Source: Pseudomonadota bacterium (GTDB taxonomy: Bacteria; Bdellovibrionota_F; JAHFAK01; JBDREC01). Taken from it: 51,059 nucleotides of DNA. The position numbers and the translations under genes were made by a program. The DNA lies in the NCBI GenBank assembly GCA_043820105.1, contig JBDREC010000104.1, forward strand, positions 1 to 51,059. The letters run 5' to 3'. Positions 1-9,727 of the stretch are shown piece by piece. Each line of letters begins with the position of its first letter. The first letter of the stretch is position 1. The notes below the pieces were generated by a model. It searched no databases. It saw only the letters and a program-made list of their open reading frames with translations, and was not told where the DNA came from.

Positions 1-87
1 TTTTATCCCAATTTATTAAGAACAGTTCTTAATTTGGTCCACATTGTATCAAGTATCGTTATATCTTATTATTTAGAAACAGTGCTT

Positions 88-292
88 GCTAAAAGTTTTA
101 ACAGATCTCTTTTATAAAATGCATTAAAAGCAAGGAGATCGACTGCATGATGGAGTAAAAAGTATATTGATTTCTTTAAGTTCAGGTCTGACAGAGGAAG
201 ACATGAACTTAATGAAATCAAATACTTTTTGCGACTGAGTAAGGAGATCGGTGCTTAGCATTTTATAAAAGAGATCTGTTAAAACTTTTAGC
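88..292. mobile_element. Palindromic MITE/REP-like non-autonomous element (205 bp)
   Basis: Perfect 35-bp inverted repeat GCTAAAAGTTTTAACAGATCTCTTTTATAAAATGC (88-122 / 258-292) enclosing a second near-perfect 27-28-bp inverted repeat (157-184 / 204-230) and a direct repeat AAGGAGATCG (132-141, 241-250); no coding capacity. Mobility is inferred. Confidence 0.6.
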
Positions 293-391
293 TTGGGTAC
301 GCAATTCGGAGATGATCCTATAATATAATGTAAATTGCTTCATTATTAATAAATATTTTCTCAATAGAACCAGAAAGAGTTTTTCAAGCAT

Positions 392-640
392 ATGAAAAAA
401 TTAGTCTTTTTAATATTTTTAGCAATTTTCTTCGTGCTTTTTTCTTGTTCACAAAGCACAAATTCAGGAAAAGATGCAGATGATGAAGAAAATGTCAGCA
501 AAAATCCAATAATTTCAGGCACAATAGATATTTCATCCATCATTCCACGACAGGATATCTTATCAAGAAATAATTGTACGGAGGTAAAAAAATTTAAAAA
601 AAAGAGAAAGAAAAGAGAAAGTAGTACGGAGGTAAAATAA
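392..640 (+). pseudogene. Short, probably truncated lipoprotein
   Basis: Signal peptide with lipobox LFSC and acidic linker, then the frame runs into a purine-rich tail between two GTACGGAGGTAAAA direct repeats. Confidence 0.45.
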
Positions 641-650
641 ACATACTATT

Positions 651-1571
651 TTATTTCATTAATTCAGGCAGTGTTTGGGGAAAAATGTTATTTTCATTTA
701 GTATCTGAAAGAAACTATTAAAAACTTCAGGATCTGAATCATATTCATGTTCATGAAAAACTATTCCATATGTTGTATTTGTATCAAGACCATCATAAAT
801 AAGGCTCTCCATTTCACTTAAGTCCCAATTTATATCACTTGATAATGCTGCTAATCTTGCATGCTTAAAAATCCAAACCATTTGACTATTAATTTCTCTT
901 TCTTCTGGATTTGAGCTTAAATCATCATATTTTTCTGAACCACCTTCTGTGTTGTACATAATTTCTGTTGGCAGATCATATTGCACATCTTCTTCAGGGC
1001 CAACTGTTGATGAAATAATTTTTCCACATGATGGTAATTGATTTAATATAGTCATTGCTTCATCTATGCTTCCTAAATAATTTTTTGAAAGCTTATATTC
1101 TTCCTGATTGGTATATCCATTCCACGATCCATTGTGATTTGGACCATGATGATGAAAACCAAGTTCGTGGCCTGAGGCTTCCCATTGCCTGACAAGAGTT
1201 AATTTATCATTATCTTCAAGAATGTAAGCCCCCCATTGAGGATTAAACATTAAATTTAATTTTACATTATAGTAATCTGCACTTGCAATGAGCTCAGGTA
1301 GAATAGGCCAATATCTTTCTTGATAGTTGCCATCTTTATATCCTGTGCCAGGTTCAAGGTGAATTGCTATGAATAATTTAAAGTTTTTTTCTTCACTATT
1401 TTGATCTTGTTCATCATCCCTTTGATCATCAGTATCAGCATCTTTTGTATCTGGTGCTTCATATTCTTCACAAACTTCATCTGAATTCCTTGTTTCGATA
1501 ATTTCATTTGAACATGCTGAAATGCTAATTAATATTATTAGAATTAATAATTTGCTTAGTTTTTTGTGCAT
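651..1571 (-). CDS. Lipoprotein with polysaccharide deacetylase (NodB/CE4)-like domain
   Basis: Lipobox ISAC, acidic linker, motifs FIAIHLEP, GHELGFHHH and IVFH resembling the CE4/GH57-type barrel; ATG at 1571 chosen from GAGGAG RBS. Confidence 0.6.
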   Translation of the reverse strand: MHKKLSKLLILIILISISACSNEIIETRNSDEVCEEYEAPDTKDADTDDQRDDEQDQNSEEKNFKLFIAIHLEPGTGYKDGNYQERYWPILPELIASADYYNVKLNLMFNPQWGAYILEDNDKLTLVRQWEASGHELGFHHHGPNHNGSWNGYTNQEEYKLSKNYLGSIDEAMTILNQLPSCGKIISSTVGPEEDVQYDLPTEIMYNTEGGSEKYDDLSSNPEEREINSQMVWIFKHARLAALSSDINWDLSEMESLIYDGLDTNTTYGIVFHEHEYDSDPEVFNSFFQILNENNIFPQTLPELMK

Positions 1572-1616
1572 GTTATCTCTCCTCAAGTGAAATAATATTT
1601 ATAGATTAATTTAATA

Positions 1617-1631
1617 GCAAGCATTGTGCCA
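1617..1631 (-). promoter_or_regulatory. Sigma54 -24/-12 promoter
   Basis: Minus strand TGGCAC-AATGC-TTGC, perfect consensus, ~45 bp upstream of the lipoprotein start. Confidence 0.8.
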
Positions 1632-1848
1632 TGTCATCATCACAATTAACCCAATAATAATTGGGTGTTATGTGGTTGGATTAAAAGTATATATTAAAAA
1701 GGGCTAATTTACCTAATTTTTTAAAAATTAAATTTATCTTGAAACTAACACCCGTTTGGGGCAAGGCTCAATTAAAATTAGTCTTAAAATACTCTAACCT
1801 TTATTTATTGTGCCAGAGCAAACCTAAATATTCTAAAAAAACGACTAT

Positions 1849-2604
1849 TTAACATTTTTTCCAAATACCAAGCACATTTTTGTTCTTTAAAAGTAATTGT
1901 TCTTCATCCTCGTATTTTTTATCAATAAATTCATTGATTTTCAAATTATCTTCTTCCAAAATAAATTCCTTGGGAAATTCTATTAAAAAATCTTTAATAG
2001 CTGAAATTAATTTGTCTTTTGAACCCCTATAATCAGAAGTAACATCATGACTTAGAATTTCATTAGCACCACCTTTAAATACTTTATAAAAATTTTCAGG
2101 TGGACAATATGAACATCCTGGAATTATTTTTAACAATCTGGAGATATCAAACATTAATGTCTGCCAATCTGAGTCTCTACTAACTAGAACTACCATTAAC
2201 TGTCCATCTTTTTTCAACCAAGAAAATACCTTTTCTAATAAAGAAGTCCATTCATGAATTGGAAAATAATATAGAACATGTGATATTAGAATAAAATCAA
2301 ACTTCCCTTCATCAAAATTAACATCTAAAATAGACTCATTTTTTATACAAGCCAGTTTAAACTTTTGTTTTAATTCATCACAAAAGCTTTTTTCTTTTTC
2401 TACAATGCTAATTTCTTTGAAATTTTTCGCTATCGCTTCTGTTACAAGCCCATTACCAGCTCCAATATCTAAAAAGCTATCAAACTTATAATCTTTTAAA
2501 TAATCATTTAGACACTTAGATAATCTTTCTTTTTCATTGGAAAAGGAAAGATAGTTCTTTTTAAAACGCTCATTGTAATTATTTTGGACTGATTTGACTG
2601 GCAT
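1849..2604 (-). CDS. Class I SAM-dependent methyltransferase
   Basis: FLDIGAGNG motif I, FDFILISHVLYY, LKKDGQL. Confidence 0.85.
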   Translation of the reverse strand: MPVKSVQNNYNERFKKNYLSFSNEKERLSKCLNDYLKDYKFDSFLDIGAGNGLVTEAIAKNFKEISIVEKEKSFCDELKQKFKLACIKNESILDVNFDEGKFDFILISHVLYYFPIHEWTSLLEKVFSWLKKDGQLMVVLVSRDSDWQTLMFDISRLLKIIPGCSYCPPENFYKVFKGGANEILSHDVTSDYRGSKDKLISAIKDFLIEFPKEFILEEDNLKINEFIDKKYEDEEQLLLKNKNVLGIWKKC

Positions 2605-2756
2605 TTTTATTTCCTATGTAAATATACCGGTTAAATGAAATTAATAATTTTTATAGATCATATAATATGTCAAGTTGATAATCTTAAGTTAAAACTTTGC
2701 TCACTTGGATAGTGCCTGAGTAAAACAAGAAAACAAGAGCACAAGGGAACATAGGT

Positions 2757-2816
2757 TTTAATTTTGAATCTTGAATCTTGAATTTTGAATTATTTCTACT
2801 GCCGGCTTCAATTCAA
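2757..2816. repeat. Heptamer tandem tract (TTGAATY)x4 with short inverted partner
   Basis: TTGAATC TTGAATC TTGAATT TTGAATT at 2764-2791; AATTCAA at 2810-2816; preceded by AAAACAAG-like 8-mers at 2722-2745. Confidence 0.8.
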
Positions 2817-2955
2817 TTACACAATTAATAGGCATATTTTAAAAATAAAACCAGAACTGAGCATCATTTCACCAAAAAACATATGCAAAGAATTACGACC
2901 TTCACGTAAGCACTTAATATGAACAATAAATATTGGACTAAACATTTACAGGCCT

Positions 2956-2970
2956 TGGCATTCATCTTGC
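2956..2970 (+). promoter_or_regulatory. Sigma54 -24/-12 promoter of pilin gene
   Basis: TGGCAT-TCATC-TTGC ~50 bp upstream of the pilin ATG; pilA genes are classically sigma54/PilR controlled. Confidence 0.75.
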
Positions 2971-3022
2971 ATTTATCTTTATTCGTACGAAAACCTTATG
3001 AACTAAAATTTTTGGGGGAACT

Positions 3023-3517
3023 ATGAAACGAAAAGGATTTACACTAGTAGAATTAATGATCACAGTAGCCATCATTGGCATTCTTGGTGCACTGGCAACA
3101 TCATCTCTAATGGGTCTAATTATTAAATCAAAAAAAGCTGAAGTAAATATTCTAGTTAGCGCAATATTTACAGCTGAAGCTCAATATAATTTAGAAAAAA
3201 ATTATATTCATCCAATATCAGAAGAATTTGACCCCATTCCTGTTTGGTTTGAAAAATTAAATGGTGATAAAATATCAGGTAGCGCAGATACCATTGCCAA
3301 TGATAAAGATTGCCAAATTCTAGGATTTGTCGTTAACGCTGATATATATTCAAACTTTCATGTAAGTTCAAAAATGTCTACTAATGGCATAGATTGGGCT
3401 ATTTATGTTTCTCAAGATCTGGATGATGATGATGAGATTGAAAATTACAAACAAGGAATGAATATTTCTGCTCTTGGATTAATAAAGGATGGTGAGATTC
3501 TAAATGAGGGGTATTAA
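3023..3517 (+). CDS. Type IV pilin (PilA-like)
   Basis: Prepilin cleavage motif KG|FTLVELM, hydrophobic helix, C-terminal QDLDDD motif as in myxobacterial/Geobacter-type pilins. Confidence 0.9.
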   Translation: MKRKGFTLVELMITVAIIGILGALATSSLMGLIIKSKKAEVNILVSAIFTAEAQYNLEKNYIHPISEEFDPIPVWFEKLNGDKISGSADTIANDKDCQILGFVVNADIYSNFHVSSKMSTNGIDWAIYVSQDLDDDDEIENYKQGMNISALGLIKDGEILNEGY

Positions 3518-4395
3518 AGCTTTAGATCATTTTCACACCAAGTCATACAATCATAAGGAATTGTAAGTTCAAGATCAATTGTTCCAAAAAAACCACCAAA
3601 GGTTGTTCCATCAACCTCATTAACATTAATGATTTCTCCTTTTTTAAAACCTGGAATCTGATCTGATAAAAATTCAACTTCTACTTTTGCAGGCCGTAAG
3701 GATGCTTCCTCAAAACCCCATTGAACACGGGAACATGTTGAATCATCAATCTCATCATCCTGAAACGACATAATAGTTTCTTCAAATAATGGTTCAATTA
3801 ATTCAAGACTTTTTAACATCTCATAGCTGTCACCTAAATCATTAATTGTGAAAGTAGCCTGAAGAATATCTTCTGCACTCTCTTTTTCAACAACATGATA
3901 TGTTGTCCAATCTGATGATATTTCACCTAGAACCTTGTTGAATTTAAAAAAATCACCAACTAATTTTGCTCGTATAGATGTGGGAAATAAAATTGGATCA
4001 AAATTAAAAGGACCCTTATCTGCCTTTAAAACTAAGGACTCATCCTTAGGCATTACATTTGGAATGACCATAATAAATTCAAAATAATCATCTAGAATCC
4101 AATCAATACTAAATTCAGTATTTGGAACAAAAAGAAAAGTTTCATACATATAACCAAAGGTTAAAATAACTGGATGATGTCCATCTTTTGAATGTTCATA
4201 TTTTATAGCTTTTAGACCACGTTCTTCTAAAATTGGCAGTAATTTGGACATTTCCACATCAGCCACAACATAGGCAGCTTTATATTTTGCAGTTAATAAT
4301 TTAATATCCCAAGGACTTGAAATTGAAATTGTTGGAACAAGTAAGATAAAAAGGATTAAAACATGAATATTTTTATTAAAATTTAGCATGAGCAC
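3514..4395 (-). CDS. Secreted protein, probable acetoacetate decarboxylase-like fold
   Basis: Signal peptide; HPVILTFG, YFEFIMVIPNV and LVGDFFKFNK resemble the ADC-superfamily YxE and G-xx-x-G-x-PK motifs. Confidence 0.5.
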   Translation of the reverse strand: MLMLNFNKNIHVLILFILLVPTISISSPWDIKLLTAKYKAAYVVADVEMSKLLPILEERGLKAIKYEHSKDGHHPVILTFGYMYETFLFVPNTEFSIDWILDDYFEFIMVIPNVMPKDESLVLKADKGPFNFDPILFPTSIRAKLVGDFFKFNKVLGEISSDWTTYHVVEKESAEDILQATFTINDLGDSYEMLKSLELIEPLFEETIMSFQDDEIDDSTCSRVQWGFEEASLRPAKVEVEFLSDQIPGFKKGEIINVNEVDGTTFGGFFGTIDLELTIPYDCMTWCENDLKL

Positions 4396-4468
4396 TCTCC
4401 CGTTTCTATGACAATAATTAGTATTCTACTCCCCATTTCCTGAAAGAAACCCAAAAAAGCTCTTCCTG

Positions 4469-4484
4469 GCTGTACGCTGTACGC
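4469..4484. repeat. Heptamer (GCTGTAC)x2 just after the glnA stop
   Basis: Same unit, reverse complemented, as the GTACAGC tract at 46570-46597. Confidence 0.55.
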
Positions 4485-4487
4485 GTC

Positions 4488-6029
4488 TTAATGCTTGTGT
4501 ATATCCTTATGCATAATCCGTCTAGTTGCATGAAGCCTGTCATCTGCTGGCAAGTCAACAAGCACTTCATTCATCTTTGCGTCTTTTTCTTTTGCTAAAA
4601 CCCCAGCAACATATTCGATTATACTAGCAGGAAAAATACCTTCTCTTTCATAAAGTTCTTTTTTTTCAAGAAGAATTTTGGATGATTCTTCACAGCTTTT
4701 TGGAAGCATTGGTAAGGTTTTTAAAAGCTCAGGATTTTTAAATATATTGCCAGTTGCATAAAGATCTTTGGCTAATTTCAAAGACTCTTTTTGATTATTA
4801 ATTCCCCACTGAGCAGCCATTGTAATGCCAGCCAGCAATAAATGAATAATCGCAGACCCATCAGGGCTGCGAAGCTCAACTGTTTGTCTTTTTTGAAAGC
4901 TTGTAGAATCTAATTTTTCATTGGGATTAACAATTCTGCTAAGATTATTTTTCTTTGCCCAGCCAAGAGGTACTCTAACCATTGCTGCTCTATTTAGTTC
5001 TGACCAGCAAATATTAACTGGAGCCTCCTGATTTGGAACAAGTCTTAAATATGCTGATGATACAGTATTTCCAAAGGCTGTAAGAGTATCTGCATATTTG
5101 CATAAGCCACCAATTAATTTTAATGCATCCTGAGATAAATCGCCTTCATCATTTGTCATTATATTATCGCCATCTTTTCTTAATTGCAGATGAACGTGCA
5201 ATCCATTGCCAGCAACCCCTTCTTCAATTTTAGGAGCAAAGGAAGCTACGCAACCATATTTATGAGCGATATTTCTAATTAACCACCTGGACAAAACCAG
5301 ATGATCAGCAGCATCATGAATTGGCGTTGGTAAAAATTCTACTTCAAACTGTTCAGCGCGCTTATCTTTTATTTCAGAAATATCGGATCGAACATGTTCA
5401 ACATAACCTACTTCAGAATGAGCATATTTCACACAGCCTGTCATTTGTGTAATATAACGAACCATCTCATTTAAAATATCTCCATTTTTAACATATGGCG
5501 CAGAAGAATGATAACCTTGCTGTCTTGAGCCAAGAAAAATATCAGATTGATGCTTACTTATTAAATAAAACTCCAGTTCGCCAAGGGCATATAGTTCAAG
5601 ACCTGTGGTTTCTTTAAAATATCTGTAGGCATTTCCTAAAATATTATCCATTGCAAAGGAAGCAAAATTGCCATCCTGCTGTAAATATCTGCAGATAAAA
5701 TCTAAAGAGCCCTTGTCAAATGGATTTAAAAAAGCGGTTTTGTAAATAGGAACAACATATAAATCAGAGAGGGACTGATCAACCATTCCTTTAAATAATG
5801 AAGAGCCATCAACTCTCTCCCCTTCTGCTAGAATGGACTCAGCCTGTATTCGATTTGCAATTGGAAGTTTTAATTCTTTTAACTTACCATCAAGTGCTGT
5901 GTAATGAAAAGTAATTCTTTCAATATTATTTTCTTCAATTACTTTTATTAAATCATTTCTTGTAAATTCATCTCTTTTTTTATCAAGCTGTAATTCAAGG
6001 GGATTCGTGAGAGCGTATTTTGACAACAT
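4488..6029 (-). CDS. glnA: Glutamine synthetase, type I family
   Basis: VDGSS, ELEFY, HSEV, FAPK...GNGLHVH, RLVPNQEAP, NRAAMVRVP, ELRSPD motifs. Confidence 0.92.
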   Translation of the reverse strand: MLSKYALTNPLELQLDKKRDEFTRNDLIKVIEENNIERITFHYTALDGKLKELKLPIANRIQAESILAEGERVDGSSLFKGMVDQSLSDLYVVPIYKTAFLNPFDKGSLDFICRYLQQDGNFASFAMDNILGNAYRYFKETTGLELYALGELEFYLISKHQSDIFLGSRQQGYHSSAPYVKNGDILNEMVRYITQMTGCVKYAHSEVGYVEHVRSDISEIKDKRAEQFEVEFLPTPIHDAADHLVLSRWLIRNIAHKYGCVASFAPKIEEGVAGNGLHVHLQLRKDGDNIMTNDEGDLSQDALKLIGGLCKYADTLTAFGNTVSSAYLRLVPNQEAPVNICWSELNRAAMVRVPLGWAKKNNLSRIVNPNEKLDSTSFQKRQTVELRSPDGSAIIHLLLAGITMAAQWGINNQKESLKLAKDLYATGNIFKNPELLKTLPMLPKSCEESSKILLEKKELYEREGIFPASIIEYVAGVLAKEKDAKMNEVLVDLPADDRLHATRRIMHKDIHKH

Positions 6030-6100
6030 CTGCTTTATCCTTTCCTTTATCTAGATTCTATTTTATGGATCATCAGAGTAAGCGGGTTTTTTTAGTTTCC

Positions 6101-6376
6101 TTAAACTATTTTGTCAAAAAACTTATCAGGTGCATTAATAATTTCCACACCAAAAAATTCTTCGTTTTGATATACTTTTTTGACTTTCACAATATACTCA
6201 ACATTTGAATTTGGAACCAAGATGGAGGTATGGAATTCATCTTTAATTGCCTGACCTCTAATCTTCATTCCACCTTCAGAAATGTCAACGCAGTCAAGTG
6301 TTCTTGCTGTATCTTCGGAATGATCAATTACATGATATTCCACATTATGCCTTTCAAATTGTCTTTTTTCTTTCAT
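6101..6376 (-). CDS. Stand-alone PilZ domain protein (c-di-GMP receptor)
   Basis: RQFER (RxxxR) and DISEGG (DxSxxG) motifs. Confidence 0.85.
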   Translation of the reverse strand: MKEKRQFERHNVEYHVIDHSEDTARTLDCVDISEGGMKIRGQAIKDEFHTSILVPNSNVEYIVKVKKVYQNEEFFGVEIINAPDKFFDKIV

Positions 6377-6522
6377 ATAAGACCTCTTTTGTCTCGTTGC
6401 GTTATGGTTTTATAAACTATTTTTTATGATTTGTCTACTATTTTATTATAAAATTCATTTGACTATAATAGTTGAATCTTTTTTACTTATTTTAACTATA
6501 TTTCAAAAAGAAAGAATTCTAA

Positions 6523-7707
6523 ATGAGTAAATTTATTTTAGCGCTGAGAATTGAAAATCCTTCTAAATATCATAATCTGGAAAGAGCTGAATATGATGCG
6601 CTTTTTCAAAAGCTTATAACAGCAGAGTTTGAAAAATCTGCATCAAGCCTGCTTGATAAATATGATATTTATGAAACTAACCATAATCCTCTCAAGGGCT
6701 TGCATTATGCTATTTTTACCTTACAAGATGATTCTTTGAAGCTTGATAAAACTGAATTTATTAATACTTTAATAGGCTCTTTTCAAGATGAAATAAAGTT
6801 ATCTTTGCACACTATTCTTGGAATTAGAATTGGTTCTGCGTTAAAATATGATCTTAATATCTTTTCTTTCATTGCTAATATTGAAGAAAAAGAAAAACTT
6901 GAAACTTATATTGAAAAATCTTTTATTAATTTTCCACAACGAGTTTCTCCCACATTACAAATAAACAGAAGAGATTTTCTTGAAATTTTGTCAAAAGGTA
7001 AGATTAACACCTTTTTCCAACCAATAATATCAATGGAAAGCATGAAAACAGTTGGCTTTGAAGCTCTTTCCAGGGGTCCAATGAATTCAAAGCTTAATAA
7101 CGCTCTTTCACTATTTAAAGCAGCAGCTAACCTTGGCTTAAATCATGAATTAGAATTAATATGTATAAAAAAGGCTTTAAAATATTTAGAAAAACTTCCA
7201 CAGCAATATTGGTTATCAGTTAATGTTGGACCTGGTGTTTTAGTTAGTGCAGATTTTAAAAAAATAGCCAAAGATCCAAAGTTCAAGAAAAATAGTAAAA
7301 GAATCATTTTTGAAATTACTGAGCACCTTCCAATTCTTAATATTCCAGACATAGCAGATACAATTGATGAACTAATAGCAAATGGTTATAGTTTTGCTTT
7401 AGATGATGCAGGTTGCGGCTTCATTGATTCTGAAATAATCGGAAAATTAAAACCAAAAATCATTAAAATTTGTACTAATGTTATTAACACTATTCTTGGA
7501 AAATCAGATTCAACAGAAATAATTGAAGACATTTTAAAAGATCTCAAAAAAATGGGTTGCCAGGTTTTGGTTGAAGGAATTGAAAATGAAGAAATCGCAA
7601 AACTCTTAGAAGGCAGTGGAATCGCCTTTGCCCAAGGTTTTTTCTTTAATAAGCCAAGACATGTTAGTGAATACGAATGGTTTGCTGGTGAAACAATAAT
7701 TGAGTAA
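6523..7707 (+). CDS. EAL domain c-di-GMP phosphodiesterase with unknown N-terminal region
   Basis: FQPI, EALSR, EITE, ALDDAGCG, VEGIE, QGFFF motifs. Confidence 0.9.
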   Translation: MSKFILALRIENPSKYHNLERAEYDALFQKLITAEFEKSASSLLDKYDIYETNHNPLKGLHYAIFTLQDDSLKLDKTEFINTLIGSFQDEIKLSLHTILGIRIGSALKYDLNIFSFIANIEEKEKLETYIEKSFINFPQRVSPTLQINRRDFLEILSKGKINTFFQPIISMESMKTVGFEALSRGPMNSKLNNALSLFKAAANLGLNHELELICIKKALKYLEKLPQQYWLSVNVGPGVLVSADFKKIAKDPKFKKNSKRIIFEITEHLPILNIPDIADTIDELIANGYSFALDDAGCGFIDSEIIGKLKPKIIKICTNVINTILGKSDSTEIIEDILKDLKKMGCQVLVEGIENEEIAKLLEGSGIAFAQGFFFNKPRHVSEYEWFAGETIIE

Positions 7708-7713
7708 AACTTT

Positions 7714-8064
7714 CTAGTTTGACCAACAATCACTTTCACAAGCCAAACCTTCACTTCCATCAACACCGTCATAACAATCATCAACACATGAAACGCAAGT
7801 ATCGAATTCATCTTCTTTAACTAAAGTACACTCACCATCAACAATTTCACAGCTTGCATATTGACGGCAGCCATCTCCTTGCATGTAAATTTCTGTGCAT
7901 ACAGTTGCAACATTTGAACCGCATGTTATATCAGTTCCATGACAATTCTCTATCCCACAAGATTCAGTATTTCCATCTCCATCACCTGAGCCTGAAGACC
8001 CATCACTTTCAAGACAAGAAAATAAAACAAATAGACAAAAAGCAAATATCATTATAATTCTCAT
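7714..8064 (-). CDS. Small Cys-rich lipoprotein
   Basis: Lipobox LFSC, Gly/Asp linker, 13 further Cys-rich-domain positions dominated by CxxxC/CxxC patterns; GGAG RBS. Confidence 0.75.
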   Translation of the reverse strand: MRIIMIFAFCLFVLFSCLESDGSSGSGDGDGNTESCGIENCHGTDITCGSNVATVCTEIYMQGDGCRQYASCEIVDGECTLVKEDEFDTCVSCVDDCYDGVDGSEGLACESDCWSN

Positions 8065-8077
8065 TCTTTCTCCTTCA

Positions 8078-8162
8078 AAAATTGAAAATTGAAAATTGAT
8101 TGTTCAATGTTTGAAGAGAATGAAAATAATCAATAATCAACAATCAATTTTCAATAATCAAT
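8078..8162. repeat. Inverted pair of heptamer tracts
   Basis: (AAAATTG)x3 at 8078-8098 facing CAATAAT CAACAAT CAATTTT CAATAAT at 8131-8158. Confidence 0.8.
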
Positions 8163-8201
8163 GAGTAGTACACATAAAATACCGAATCTTCATTTTGTCA
8201 A

Positions 8202-9087
8202 CTAATAAGAACTAGCCAGCTCAAGATGATAATACCCATCATCTCGCATTTGACAGTATTCAAATCCAATGGGATCTGATCCACTTCTAAAAACAATGGT
8301 CATTGCATCAGAGTTGTCATTGTCACAAAATATAGAATCTCCATCAATTCTGTAAGCAAGGCCATTATCAAAAAAATGCCCTGAATTTTTGCCAACATCT
8401 TCTCCTGTGGCTATCCATTTTATTCCATTTTTTTGAAATAATGGTACTATTTGCTCTGCAACTGAGCCTTCTCCAGGCCACATTCTTTTAGGGACTTCGC
8501 CAAATAAGCTATAAAAAGTATCAATACCTCTTTAGTATTTGTGCTTCAGCATCTTCTGGATAAAAATATCTTTCAGGTAGCTGCAAATTAAAATAATCAT
8601 CCCCAATATTTGAATCATAAATAAGTGGTAATATTGGGTGGGAATAAGGGGTTGTAATAATTTCACTTGCTCCTATTTTAAGCAATAACCTATGTACTGG
8701 AATTACAAATTTCATTATTTGGTACTGTTCTAAAATAAAGGCTATTGACTCTTCCTGAGTGAAGTTTGATGGACCATATCCTGCATTCATGCCCTTTTGA
8801 AAAAGTTCGGGAATTACTGATAACTTAAAACTTATGTATTGGTCATTTGAATCAAGCCACTTTAATTCATATTCAGAATACTTAAAATATGCATGACACC
8901 AAGCCAGGTGATACCAAACTTTTAAATCAATAATATCTTGATCACTTATTTTTTCAGCTTTAATAGAAATTAACTTATCATAAAAATATTTATATCCAGG
9001 GAAGGGATCAATCATGGATGGCCTATAAACCATGAAAAAATTAGCAATAAGATATTCCTTTGCCTCTTTTGTAATTGCCAAAAACAT
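8202..9087 (-). pseudogene. Frameshifted, truncated GH57 amylopullulanase-like gene
   Basis: DLKVWYHLAW, IITTPYSHPILPLIYD and WPGEGSV GH57 motifs split over two ORFs; a one-base shift near 8531 restores ...QILRGIDTFYSLFGEVPKRMWPGEGSV; N-terminal HQP motif and C-terminal acid/base region absent. Confidence 0.85.
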
Positions 9088-9210
9088 GCCTCAAAGCAAA
9101 AGAATAAGGCTTTCTGTAAGTTGCTATTATTTTAGGACAAATAACTTTGATTTTGGATATAAACCAAATACAACTAGTGTCATAATGGCGGTTTAACATT
9201 TTTTTTAATT

Positions 9211-9564
9211 TTATTCATATTCTTTAGGAACAGCACAGAGAAATTTGATTGGTTTATTAGTATTATTTAGGAATTGATGCTTATCATTTGGTGGCATTAG
9301 AACAAAGCCGCCTTCATTAACAGTGGTTTCAGTTTCTTCTGTCTTTACAGTGCAATCACCTTCTAAAACCACAATTTGATGTTCAAAAGGATGCTTATGA
9401 TATGGTGTATGACCACCTGGTTCCAATCCAAAAACTCTAAAAGAAAAATTAGGGGCACCCTCTTTTGTGCCAATTGGAAGTGCTTTTGATGCGCCTTTGG
9501 CACCTTCCATTCCAATGACATCCTGAAACTGCATATCCTGTTTTTGTAGTATTTTCATTTTCAC
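9211..9564 (-). CDS. Cupin domain protein
   Basis: PGGHTPYHKHPFEH...EG and PPNDKHQF metal-binding motifs. Confidence 0.9.
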   Translation of the reverse strand: MKMKILQKQDMQFQDVIGMEGAKGASKALPIGTKEGAPNFSFRVFGLEPGGHTPYHKHPFEHQIVVLEGDCTVKTEETETTVNEGGFVLMPPNDKHQFLNNTNKPIKFLCAVPKEYE

Positions 9565-9727
9565 TCCTTTTGTACAAAATCTTTAGCAATAAAAAAATCA
9601 ATAACCTAAAAGAATCTTTTTTATCAACAAAAAAACACTAGCTTTTTTAAATTAAAAAAAGTATTTGATTTAAGTGTTATTTTTTTTATACTATACACAC
9701 TAAATAAAAATAAACTTAGGGTGAATT

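Noticed and set aside
1..117. Open frame 1 (FYPNLLRTVLNLVHIV...) ending inside the palindrome arm
   Set aside because: Too short and cut by the window edge to call as a gene end
1649..1666. Palindrome ACCCAAT-AATA-ATTGGGT upstream of a sigma54 box
   Set aside because: Single instance with 7-bp arms in AT-rich DNA; could be an operator but cannot be supported from this window
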